Positions 7,247 through 15,283 of a stretch of DNA of 16,641 nt are shown in pieces. How positions within the stretch are numbered: position 1 is the first letter of the stretch; each line of letters begins with the position of its first letter. The position numbers and the translations under genes were made by a program. The notes under the pieces were generated by a model that was given only the letters and a program-made list of their open reading frames with translations, was not told the origin of the DNA and made no database searches. Source of the stretch: Myxococcota bacterium (GTDB taxonomy: Bacteria > Myxococcota_A > UBA796 > GCA-2862545); NCBI GenBank assembly GCA_039208735.1, contig JBCCQY010000188.1, positions 1 through 16,641 of the forward strand. Reading direction: 5' to 3'.

Positions 7247-9267
7247 TGCGCATGATGGTTGGGTTGGGCCTTTGGACGATGGCGTGTCGTTCCGAACCGC
7301 CGGCCGTGGTGCCGCAGGTCGTGCTTGACGTTCAGCCCGTGCGGACGGTGTACCGCACGGGGCAACAACTCTCACTCTCGGCGGTGACCGAGCCCAAGGT
7401 CGCGGTAGCCTTCGATGGGTCGCCGGCTAATGCGGTGTCGATTTCGGCCGGCGGCGTGGCTCGGCTGGTGGCACCGGGGCCTGCGCTGATTTCCGCATGT
7501 ACGGTGGTCGAACCGATCATCTGCGACAGCGTCGAGCTGCTTGTCGACGACGGCGCGCCGCGGATTGAGGTCGTGCAGCCGTTACCCGCCGACGAACTTG
7601 ATGGATCGATGATTGAAGTCGTGGGTTCGGTGGTGGACGCCCGTGACACCACGGTCTTTGTGAATGGCCAGCTCGCTGCGCTCGACGACGTAGGTCAATT
7701 CAGCCTTCGCGTCACTCCGCAGTTTGGGATCGTGCCCATCGAAGTGGTGGCTAACGATGGGTTTGCCGAAGCCGCCTCCGTGACGTTTGACGTGTTGGCG
7801 GCGGACCGTTTTCTACCGGCGGTCAACGACGGACACCCCGAAGTGTCGTTCGAGGATGGGCTCGTACTGCAGCTCGGGTTGCCCTTCTTCGACGATGGGG
7901 CCCCCCTCGATCGGACGGCTTCGCCGTTGGTGACCCGAGATCTCGCCGACTTGCTCGAGCTGGTGGTGGCCAACACGGATCTCACGGGCACCTTGCCCGA
8001 CCCGATCCTCGACAACGGCCCGGAGTTCTTCCTTCGCATCCCCGACGTGGAGGTCGGAAGCGTGGAATCTTCGGTGGAAATCACCGCGGACGGGCTGGAT
8101 TTATACGTACGATTCCTCGACGTGGAGGTCGACACCGAAGGGCAGCTCGATCTTTCGGGGGTTCCGCTCAACCTCACGGGACAGCTCAATGCGTCGTTGA
8201 CGGCGTTCGCAAGGCTCAACGTCAGCGATCCGTCTAAGGGCCCGATCGATGCGACCCTCGACCAGTTGGACGTGTCGCTCGACACCATCGTGAGCGACTT
8301 CGAGGACGAGCAGGTGGATGCGTTGTTTGGCCTCGCGGCATCGGCGTTGCGTACGGTGCTCGAGGATGAACTGCGAGGCACCATCGACACTGCTCTGGCC
8401 TCCACCTTGCCCACGCTAGTGACGGAAACGCTGAACGCTTTGGATACGGCGCTTCGCGAACAGTCGATTCCCCTAGAAATCCCTGGTGCGGTCCCCCTCA
8501 CCCTGGAACTCGATGCGCGAATCGCAACCTTGGACCTCGAGCCTCAGCGAGCGCTCCGCGCGGTGTTGCAGTCGCGATTTGGGGTTGCCACCCCCCCTCG
8601 GTTCGCGTCACGAGGCTATGCCGCGTGGCCCATCATGGAAGAGGACCCTCTGTTTGCGTCGCGGCCCGCCCAGCTCGCCTTGCCGCTCGATCTGCTCAAC
8701 GGGGCTGCGCATGCACTGTGGAATGCAGGCCTGCTCGACCTCGATTTGGGGCCTTTGATCCCTCCTGAACTGGCAAGCCTCTTCGACGCGATCGATCTCG
8801 ACGCTCGCCTTCCCCCCATCTTGCGTCCCCCTCGTGGCCCTTCCCCGTTCGACCTGGTGATCGAGGTGGGGCAGCTCGAACTGGATCTGTCGTCGTTGGG
8901 CGCCCGAGGACGGTTTGGCGTGTCGATCGCCGCGGGGGTTTCGCTGCAGCTCGTGGAGGGACAACTGACCCTTGCCGTGGCCGATGCGCCGGAAGTTCGT
9001 GCGTGGCCCATTGGAACGCCTGACGAGAAACTGGTCATCGACGATGTGGTTTTGGAGGCCCTGCTTACTGACTTTTTGTGGCCCACGCTGCGCGACGCCA
9101 TCACCAGCGCCCTCGCCATCGATCTGCCGCCCCTCGACGGCGCCGTGTTCGGGGACATCGCCCCAGGCCTGGAGAGCTTTGCCTACCGCTACTCGCTCGG
9201 TGAACCGGTCGAGGTGCGGTCCGGTTCGGTCATCCTCGACGTGGAGCTGCTCGGTGAACTGCCGTAA
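7243..9267 (+). CDS. Paralogous lipoprotein (674 aa) with Ig-like domains and a probable LBP/BPI (TULIP)-like region
   Basis: ATGA overlap with the preceding gene and a lipobox (VGLGLWTMA-C). It is collinear with the upstream protein: VVGSVVD...VFVNGQ...GQF...IEVVANDGF, then FFDDG...DLADLL, then LDLLNGAAHALWNAGLLD, then LPP. Confidence 0.82.
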   Translation: MMRMMVGLGLWTMACRSEPPAVVPQVVLDVQPVRTVYRTGQQLSLSAVTEPKVAVAFDGSPANAVSISAGGVARLVAPGPALISACTVVEPIICDSVELLVDDGAPRIEVVQPLPADELDGSMIEVVGSVVDARDTTVFVNGQLAALDDVGQFSLRVTPQFGIVPIEVVANDGFAEAASVTFDVLAADRFLPAVNDGHPEVSFEDGLVLQLGLPFFDDGAPLDRTASPLVTRDLADLLELVVANTDLTGTLPDPILDNGPEFFLRIPDVEVGSVESSVEITADGLDLYVRFLDVEVDTEGQLDLSGVPLNLTGQLNASLTAFARLNVSDPSKGPIDATLDQLDVSLDTIVSDFEDEQVDALFGLAASALRTVLEDELRGTIDTALASTLPTLVTETLNALDTALREQSIPLEIPGAVPLTLELDARIATLDLEPQRALRAVLQSRFGVATPPRFASRGYAAWPIMEEDPLFASRPAQLALPLDLLNGAAHALWNAGLLDLDLGPLIPPELASLFDAIDLDARLPPILRPPRGPSPFDLVIEVGQLELDLSSLGARGRFGVSIAAGVSLQLVEGQLTLAVADAPEVRAWPIGTPDEKLVIDDVVLEALLTDFLWPTLRDAITSALAIDLPPLDGAVFGDIAPGLESFAYRYSLGEPVEVRSGSVILDVELLGELP

Positions 9268-9549
9268 CTAGTCCTTCGGAAGTTCTTCGGTTTCATCTGG
9301 CCAATCGAGGCGTTCGGGCCGCTCCTCTTTCCATTCGTGGATCGGGCCCGCTCGCAGTCCGTCGATGTAGGACTGAAGGTCTTCTCCAGTTTCCACCCAT
9401 ACACATTCGATCATCGGAACCGTGGTGCCGCAGTGCTTGCAGAGTGTGCGATTGCCGACAAGATGAGGGTCGCGCAGGATAGTGGCCAGGACCGCGGTCG
9501 GCATCTCGGTGACGGTCCCGCACGTCTGGTGTCGAAAAGAGCGCGGCAC
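9268..9549 (-). CDS. Small hypothetical protein (about 93 aa) with a putative Zn-binding HxxC...CxxC motif
   Basis: GTG at 9549 preceded by GGAGGT. Translation: MPRSFRHQTCGTVTEMP...RDPHLVGNRTLCKHCGTTVPMIECVWVETGEDL. The start is uncertain; the ORF track begins it at 9660. Confidence 0.65.
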   Translation of the reverse strand: MPRSFRHQTCGTVTEMPTAVLATILRDPHLVGNRTLCKHCGTTVPMIECVWVETGEDLQSYIDGLRAGPIHEWKEERPERLDWPDETEELPKD

Positions 9550-9647
9550 GCGACCTCCAGTGGAGCAAGTTGTGCGCCACAAGCCCGATAGCGCTCGATC
9601 GCGGGCTTGACGAATGTGGAACGGCCACCTCGGTTGCCCGGCCAAGG

Positions 9648-10018
9648 CTAACGGGGCCACCGTGGAGACGTGATTCGCTCGAGCAGCTCCGCGGCGATGG
9701 CGTCGGGATGGCGTCGTTCGGTGTCGATGGGAACGCCCAGGCGTTCATCGATGGGCCAGCGATTCAGATGGTCGAGGCACCAATCGAGGGCGATGCTAAG
9801 CCAACCTGGATGGCGGCCCAGGTTCCCCATCGCCAGCTTCCTTGCTCTCGAAAGTCGCCCGGCCGGAACGCACGGGGAATCACCCGCTGCAAAATGAAGC
9901 CAAGGGGTTCGGGATCGTAGATCCAAGCGCGTGTTCCGCGAGCGCGGGCGGCCTTGCGAAGGGCGTGAGCGGTCGTGGTCTTGCCAATGCCGAAGGGGCC
10001 GTTGATCCAAAGAAGCAT
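9648..10018 (-). pseudogene. TmrB-like (tunicamycin-resistance/AAA_33-type) P-loop protein, disrupted by an internal deletion and frameshift
   Basis: From ATG 10018 the frame reads MLLWINGPFGIGKTTTA (Walker A)...YDPEPLGF...GDF...WR and stops at 9764. A C-terminus typical of the family (LDWCLDHL...PIDTERRHPDAIAAELLERI) sits in another frame ending at 9648. The central region is missing. Confidence 0.7.
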
Positions 10019-10127
10019 GCTTGGCGATGTGCAAGTCCGGGGCCAAGATGAGTGGCGCTGAAGAGGACACGAGCGCTGGCGAAGCTGGGTTCGCGATGTG
10101 ATACGGTGCGCCACCTTCGAGGTGCCA

Positions 10128-12014
10128 ATGCTCTGGTTCCTGGCTCCCGCCGTGTTTGTGTCGAACGTCGCCTTCGCGACTGTGCCTGGCTTCGCCGAGC
10201 CGGTCCCGTTGCTCGGCTCCACCCAACCGGGAACTTTTCCCCAGCAAGGTGGCGGATCGGTGAGCGACCTTGATGGAGACGGCGATTGGGACCTCGTGCT
10301 TCCGCAGCGACGGTCCGTCGTGGTGCTGTTGCAAGAAGGACGCACTGCCGACGGCCTGCCTTCCTTTCAGCCGCTAGACACGGGCCCGACCCTGAACTTT
10401 GGCAACGAGTTTAGTGCCATCCGGGGCACCCTGGCCGCCGACCTCAACGAAGACGGGTTCCCTGACCTCGTGCTGTGGTCGACCCGATTCATCCGGGTGT
10501 TGGAACACGAAGGAACGACCCCTCCGTCGTGGAGACAGGTGCCTGCCGTCCCCGATAACGAGGAGCGAAACGTCGAGGGTGGCGGAGTCCTCGATCTCGA
10601 TCGCGATGGCCGCCTTGAGGTCGTGTTGCCTCACACCCAAGACGACGCCGAAGTGGATCTGTCGGTGGTCATCGATTGGGACCCTCGTTCCAATGCTTGG
10701 GTAGACCAGGGCCCAGGCTTCATCGAGTTCGAGCCACAAGTCGGGGACTACCTGGTGGTGGCGGATGTCGATGGGGATGCCGACACCGATCTGGTGTTGC
10801 GGACTGGCGTATCACCTCACGTCAACCTGCACGATGGCACCCCGGACGGACGGATGATTCCGCATCCGTCACAGTGGACTTTTGGAACCGAAAACGAGAT
10901 CAAGGCGGGTCTCGTCGCTTGTGACATCGATGCCGATGCAGACCTCGATCTGTATTGGCCCAACGCTCCGTTGACCCTCGCCGGGGAGTCTCAGGAGGGG
11001 CTGTGGCTCAACGATGGAACCGGGGACTTCACGGAAGGCCCGCTGTTTGGTGATGGAGAGGAAAGCACGAGCGCGGCGTGTGGTGATCTCGACCATGACG
11101 GCATCTTCGAAATCGTCCTTACGGGACAGACCCGCACCACGGTCTGGCGTTCGGTTCCGGGAGGCTACGAGCCCCAGCTGCTGGGTGAGCCCGGGCTCAC
11201 CGTGGCGATGGCGGACTTGGATGACGATGGCGACCTCGACCTGCTGACGACGGACGATCGCCAAATGGTGCCGGCTGCGCTCTTCTGGCCAAATCCATTA
11301 GCGCCCGAACTGCGCGATCGACACCTGCAGGTTCGTCTGCAACACGTGTCGGGAAGCTGCGAGGCTGGCGACCGACGAGTCCGCGACGACTTTGGCAGTC
11401 AGGTGGTGCTTCAGTCTGAACGCGGCGACGTATGGGGGCTGCGTGAAGTAATGGGGGCCGAAGGGCGAGGGCAAACCGGCTGGCCCGTACTCCACTGGGG
11501 TGGTGTTGATCCCGATGCGCAGGTTCGCCTGTCGGTGACCCTGCAAGCATCAAGCGAGCGCTTCGAACTTGAGCTTGTGCCTCGCGACCTGGGTGAGGAC
11601 CTTCATCGATTGGTCATCACGAGCGATGATCTGGACGGAGACGGCATTCTCAACGTCGATGAACGGGCGTTCGGCGACCTTGACGGAGATGGCGTGTCGG
11701 CCGAACTCGACCGGGATTCAGATGGGGATGGCCTTTCCGATGCCGAAGAGGCGGGCGACCGCGACCGGTGTACCCCTCCGGCCGACATGGACGCGTCGGG
11801 CATCCCCGATGCGTTCGAGGCCCCGTTTGTCAATGACGACACGGGTGGCGAAGTGATGGAGGAAGACGGACCGGTTGGGCCTTCGGCGCGTGGGCAGGGC
11901 GAGCCTCCGCTCACCTGTGGGTGTCAGGCAACGCCAGGTGGCGGCATTGCGTTAAGCCTCGGGCTTTGGCTTGTGTTGTGGCGTCGCCGTCGCTTGGGTG
12001 AGGCTCGAGCCTAG
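10128..12014 (+). CDS. Secreted FG-GAP/VCBS-repeat (CRTAC1/ASPIC-UnbV-like) protein with TSP3-like Ca-binding repeats and a MYXO-CTERM sorting signal
   Basis: ATG at 10128 follows GAGGT and starts a signal peptide ending VAFA. There are seven DxDxDGxxD-type repeats (DLDGDGDWDL, DLNEDGFPDL, DLDRDGRLEV, DVDGDADTDL, DIDADADLDL, DLDHDGIFEI, DLDDDGDLDL). An ASPIC-like segment (REVMGAEGRGQ...LHWG) is followed by DLDGDGI/DSDGDGLSD repeats and the tail CGCQATPGGGIALSLGLWLVLWRRRR. Confidence 0.85.
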   Translation: MLWFLAPAVFVSNVAFATVPGFAEPVPLLGSTQPGTFPQQGGGSVSDLDGDGDWDLVLPQRRSVVVLLQEGRTADGLPSFQPLDTGPTLNFGNEFSAIRGTLAADLNEDGFPDLVLWSTRFIRVLEHEGTTPPSWRQVPAVPDNEERNVEGGGVLDLDRDGRLEVVLPHTQDDAEVDLSVVIDWDPRSNAWVDQGPGFIEFEPQVGDYLVVADVDGDADTDLVLRTGVSPHVNLHDGTPDGRMIPHPSQWTFGTENEIKAGLVACDIDADADLDLYWPNAPLTLAGESQEGLWLNDGTGDFTEGPLFGDGEESTSAACGDLDHDGIFEIVLTGQTRTTVWRSVPGGYEPQLLGEPGLTVAMADLDDDGDLDLLTTDDRQMVPAALFWPNPLAPELRDRHLQVRLQHVSGSCEAGDRRVRDDFGSQVVLQSERGDVWGLREVMGAEGRGQTGWPVLHWGGVDPDAQVRLSVTLQASSERFELELVPRDLGEDLHRLVITSDDLDGDGILNVDERAFGDLDGDGVSAELDRDSDGDGLSDAEEAGDRDRCTPPADMDASGIPDAFEAPFVNDDTGGEVMEEDGPVGPSARGQGEPPLTCGCQATPGGGIALSLGLWLVLWRRRRLGEARA

Positions 12015-13387
12015 AGACTGCGAGGGAACGTCAGCATGAACGTTGTCCCTTCATCGATGCTCGTTCGAAACGACACCTCGCCCTTGTGGCGGTCCATCAC
12101 CGTATGCACCAAGGACAGCCCTTGACCCGTCCCACTTCCCACCTCCTTCGTCGTGAAGAAGGGGTCGTAGATGCGATGGCGAATCGCTTCGGGAATGCCG
12201 CAACCGTTGTCTTCCACCTCGATCTGAACCGTGTGGTCGGTGGCCAGGCTGCGGATGACGATCTGGCCCGATTTGCCATGGCGGTTGTCGCGGACCGCGT
12301 GGGCCGCATTGACGACCAGGTTTAGCAAGGCTTGCTTGATGTCGCCTTCACGCCCGTGAACCGCAGGGAGGTCTGGCGAAAGCTCGGTCTTGAGTTCCGA
12401 GTGGTACTTCCATTCGGTTGAACTCAGCGTCACGATCGTCTGGATGGCGCGGTTGAGATCGACCGACGAAAACGCCTCCGACCCCGGGTGGCTGAACTCC
12501 TTCATGGCCCCCACGATGCGGCTGATCTGTTGCAACCCCTCTTGCGATTGCCCCAGCGCTTCGGGAAGCTCCTCGGTGAGGTAGTCGAGTTCCTTTTCTT
12601 CTTCGATTGCATCGATTGCATCGTGCTGCGGACTGCGTGGCATGGTCTGTAGCGCCTTGCGATACGCCTGTATGAGGTCGAACAGCGACTCGATCCCGAG
12701 CTTAATGAAACCGTTGTTGTCCAGCAGGTACTGGGTTGGGGTGTTGATCTCGTGGGCCACGCCAGCCGCGAGCTGACCGACCGACTCGAGCTTCTGCGCC
12801 AAGCGAAGCTCTTGCTCGACCTGTTGGCGCCGTTGCATCTCGGCCTTGAGGTCTTGGTTGGCTTGCCCCAATTCGGCGGTTCGCTCCTCGACCCGGCGCT
12901 CGAGGTCTTCGTTGGCGGCGGTGAGGCGATCCGCCAGTTGGGACGCCTCGTTGAGCGACATGCTCTCGGCCTGAAGGAGGAGCAGCAAATCGTAGACGGG
13001 GTCGCAGGGGGCGAAGTCGCGAAGGGTGAGCCCCAATCCGGACAGCCCTTTGAGTTCGGTGAACCAGGGCGAGCCTACAAACAGGGTGGCGCCTTCGTGC
13101 TGGGGCAGATGGACCATTTGGCCCCGAAGCATCAAGTTGGGTCGTTCGCGCGACTGAATCAGGAAGAACGATTTGGTGCGTTGCTGAATGGTTTCTTGCC
13201 GCCACGCCATGACGGGCTGCGTGATCACGAAATGGTCCGACAGGCGGTCGCCTTCTTTCAGCTCGGGCAGGAGTCGGCCAAGCACGCGTCCCTGTTGCAG
13301 GAGTCGGCAGTCCTCGTCGAACCCGAAGTGAAACGGGAACACGCTGTCCAGCTGGTCGCTTCCGAGGCCTAGGGCAACTTGAATCAT
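12011..13387 (-). CDS. Soluble sensor histidine kinase with an N-terminal HNOBA (sGC-type PAS) domain (458 aa)
   Basis: HNOBA motifs: FPFHF, LRGQMV, LFVGSPW and GLTLRDFAPCDP. A coiled coil follows, then H-box AHEINTP, N-box LLNLVVNAAHA, G1 DNGCGI, F-box DPFFTTK and G2 GTGQGL. It has an ATGA overlap with the H-NOX gene. Confidence 0.93.
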   Translation of the reverse strand: MIQVALGLGSDQLDSVFPFHFGFDEDCRLLQQGRVLGRLLPELKEGDRLSDHFVITQPVMAWRQETIQQRTKSFFLIQSRERPNLMLRGQMVHLPQHEGATLFVGSPWFTELKGLSGLGLTLRDFAPCDPVYDLLLLLQAESMSLNEASQLADRLTAANEDLERRVEERTAELGQANQDLKAEMQRRQQVEQELRLAQKLESVGQLAAGVAHEINTPTQYLLDNNGFIKLGIESLFDLIQAYRKALQTMPRSPQHDAIDAIEEEKELDYLTEELPEALGQSQEGLQQISRIVGAMKEFSHPGSEAFSSVDLNRAIQTIVTLSSTEWKYHSELKTELSPDLPAVHGREGDIKQALLNLVVNAAHAVRDNRHGKSGQIVIRSLATDHTVQIEVEDNGCGIPEAIRHRIYDPFFTTKEVGSGTGQGLSLVHTVMDRHKGEVSFRTSIDEGTTFMLTFPRSL

Positions 13388-13944
13388 GAGGTCAGGGCGG
13401 TGACGTAGTTCGCCACAAACTCGTCGTGGTCGCCATCCTTGCCCCGCACCTTGTCGTGTACCACCTCCACGGGTGTGGAAAAGCGCTTGCCCAGTCCTCG
13501 CAACAGGCCCACCACCATGGGGGCGAGTCCGTCACGGTCGGAGTGGTAGTGCACCCGTACGGAGTCGGTTCCTACATCGGTCACCCGGATGCTCGGAGGC
13601 TTGAGCGACGGCATGGTCAACCGGATGCGTGCGTGCAGCATGTCCAGGTTTTCGAGGAACTCTACGAAGGACCCGCCACTCGCCTCGAGCAGCTCTCCGT
13701 AGCCTTCCCGCGCGGTGTACAGAATCCAGTACTCCCCAAACGCTTCGAGCAACGGGCCGGGCTCGAGGTCGAGCACCTCGCTGGCCGCACCGACGAGTTT
13801 GTAGGTCAACGCGTCTGGATAGGCTTTCATCCCCACGAAGGAACCCAGTTCTAGGCCCGCTTTGTCCTTGACCTCACGCCATCGGGCTTCGCCGTAGTTC
13901 GCGACCACGAGCTGCTCGATCGCCTTGTTTACCAAGCCATACAT
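13384..13944 (-). CDS. H-NOX (heme NO/O2-binding, HNOB) protein (186 aa)
   Basis: MYGLVN N-terminus, FGEYW, proximal His104 (NLDMLH), Pro117 (KPPS) and the YxSxR heme motif (Y133-H-S135-D-R137). GGAGGGAG RBS upstream. Confidence 0.95.
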   Translation of the reverse strand: MYGLVNKAIEQLVVANYGEARWREVKDKAGLELGSFVGMKAYPDALTYKLVGAASEVLDLEPGPLLEAFGEYWILYTAREGYGELLEASGGSFVEFLENLDMLHARIRLTMPSLKPPSIRVTDVGTDSVRVHYHSDRDGLAPMVVGLLRGLGKRFSTPVEVVHDKVRGKDGDHDEFVANYVTALTS

Positions 13945-14044
13945 GGGGTCTCCCTCCGGGGGTCGACGACCTCATCGGAACGCAGACGACGAATGTGAAG
14001 GATCGGTTCGCCGGTTAAGCGGCGGCGTTCGAGTGGAGGGGGCG

Positions 14045-15256
14045 GTGCTTGAGGAGGGAGCTCAGGTCGGTGCGTACACGCTCGAGGCGGCTGTCGGGGA
14101 AGGGCGCTTTCGGGCTCGTCATCGGGCGGAGGCCACGTCCCACTTGGTTCGCATCTTTCGGACAGGTTCCCGAATTGACGCGTCCACCCGCCGTCGTTTC
14201 GTCGAAGAGGGCCAGTACTTGGCTCGACTCGAACACCCGGCCCTGGTTCGGGTGGTGGATGTCGTGGCCGAGGGCAATGTGGCTGCGCTCGTTTTCGAGT
14301 CCGTCGAGGGTCGCAGCCTGGTCGAGGTCCTCACAGAGCAGGCGCTCGATCCGCGTTCGGCCGCCGACCTCGCCCTGCAACTGATCGCCGGGCTCGCGCA
14401 CGCGCATCACGCCGGGGTAGCCGATGGACACCTCGTACCGGCCGACGTCCTGCTGGTCGAGCCGAGCCCGGGTCACGTTCCGTTTGTGAAACTGCTCGAT
14501 GTGGGGCTTGCCAAGGTGACGATGGCGCTCGAGATGCCTGTACCCCACGACGTGCTCTATCTGAGCCCCGAACAGGTTGACGATGAAGCGACCTTGGGCG
14601 ACCCCCGCTCGGACGTGTTTCGGGTCGGAGCGATGCTGTTCGAGATGGTTGCTCGGGTTCGTCCATTCCAAGGTAGCTCGGAAGAGGAGACCCGCCGTCG
14701 GATCGAAGCTGCTGAGCGACCCCTCGTGCCTGCCGTGGCGGGTCCGCTGGCTCCGGTGATCGAACGCGCGTTGCAGCGCGAGCCGGCGGATCGGTACCCT
14801 TCGCTCGAGTCCATGGCCGATGCGTTGCGACCCATCGCCTCTCCTGCGGTGCGGGCGCGGGTCGACGCCTGGCGCGATGCCGGGTCGCTCGTGGCCGACG
14901 GGCTTGCTCGGGGCATTGAATCGGCGTCCTCGGCGGGATTCGACCCCCAACTCGTGCGTCGCCTCGGGTGGCTTCAGCTTGGCTCGGGCACCCTGAACCT
15001 CACCGTCTTGGCGACGTTGCAGTGCCTCGGCGCGTCGTTCATCGCTCCCTCCTTTTGCTTTGCTTCGATTCTTGTTGGGGTAGGCCTGGCCGAGGTGGCG
15101 TCAGGGATCCGGGCGGTGATGTTCCGCGATGGGGGTTGGCTGCGCGCCGCCGCTTGGCTCGAAGTGCTCTCCATCCTCGGGCTCGGTGTGATCTCGTCGA
15201 TCGTTGGGGCCATCGTGCTGTACTTGGGCCGGCGTCGCGCCCTTCCCGAGGTGTAA
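14045..15256 (+). CDS. Hanks-type Ser/Thr kinase-like protein, probably a catalytically dead pseudokinase, with C-terminal TM helices (about 403 aa)
   Basis: GTG at 14045 follows GGAGG. The kinase scaffold is recognisable (RRRFVEEG, LEHPALVRV, GLAHAH, VKLLDVGLAK, YLSPEQ, RSDVF, PADRY), but the catalytic motifs are degenerate. The C-terminus is hydrophobic and ends in RRR. Confidence 0.85.
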   Translation: MLEEGAQVGAYTLEAAVGEGRFRARHRAEATSHLVRIFRTGSRIDASTRRRFVEEGQYLARLEHPALVRVVDVVAEGNVAALVFESVEGRSLVEVLTEQALDPRSAADLALQLIAGLAHAHHAGVADGHLVPADVLLVEPSPGHVPFVKLLDVGLAKVTMALEMPVPHDVLYLSPEQVDDEATLGDPRSDVFRVGAMLFEMVARVRPFQGSSEEETRRRIEAAERPLVPAVAGPLAPVIERALQREPADRYPSLESMADALRPIASPAVRARVDAWRDAGSLVADGLARGIESASSAGFDPQLVRRLGWLQLGSGTLNLTVLATLQCLGASFIAPSFCFASILVGVGLAEVASGIRAVMFRDGGWLRAAAWLEVLSILGLGVISSIVGAIVLYLGRRRALPEV

Positions 15257-15283
15257 GGGTCACGTTCGAATCGTCCCCGGGAG

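Noticed and set aside
12011..12014. Convergent stop codons sharing CTAG (similar tight junctions at 9265-9270 and 3212-3226)
   Set aside because: Common in compact bacterial genomes. I found no terminator or other evidence of function.
13925..14044. Upstream extension of the kinase-like ORF
   Set aside because: It overlaps the H-NOX start. GGAGG supports GTG 14045.
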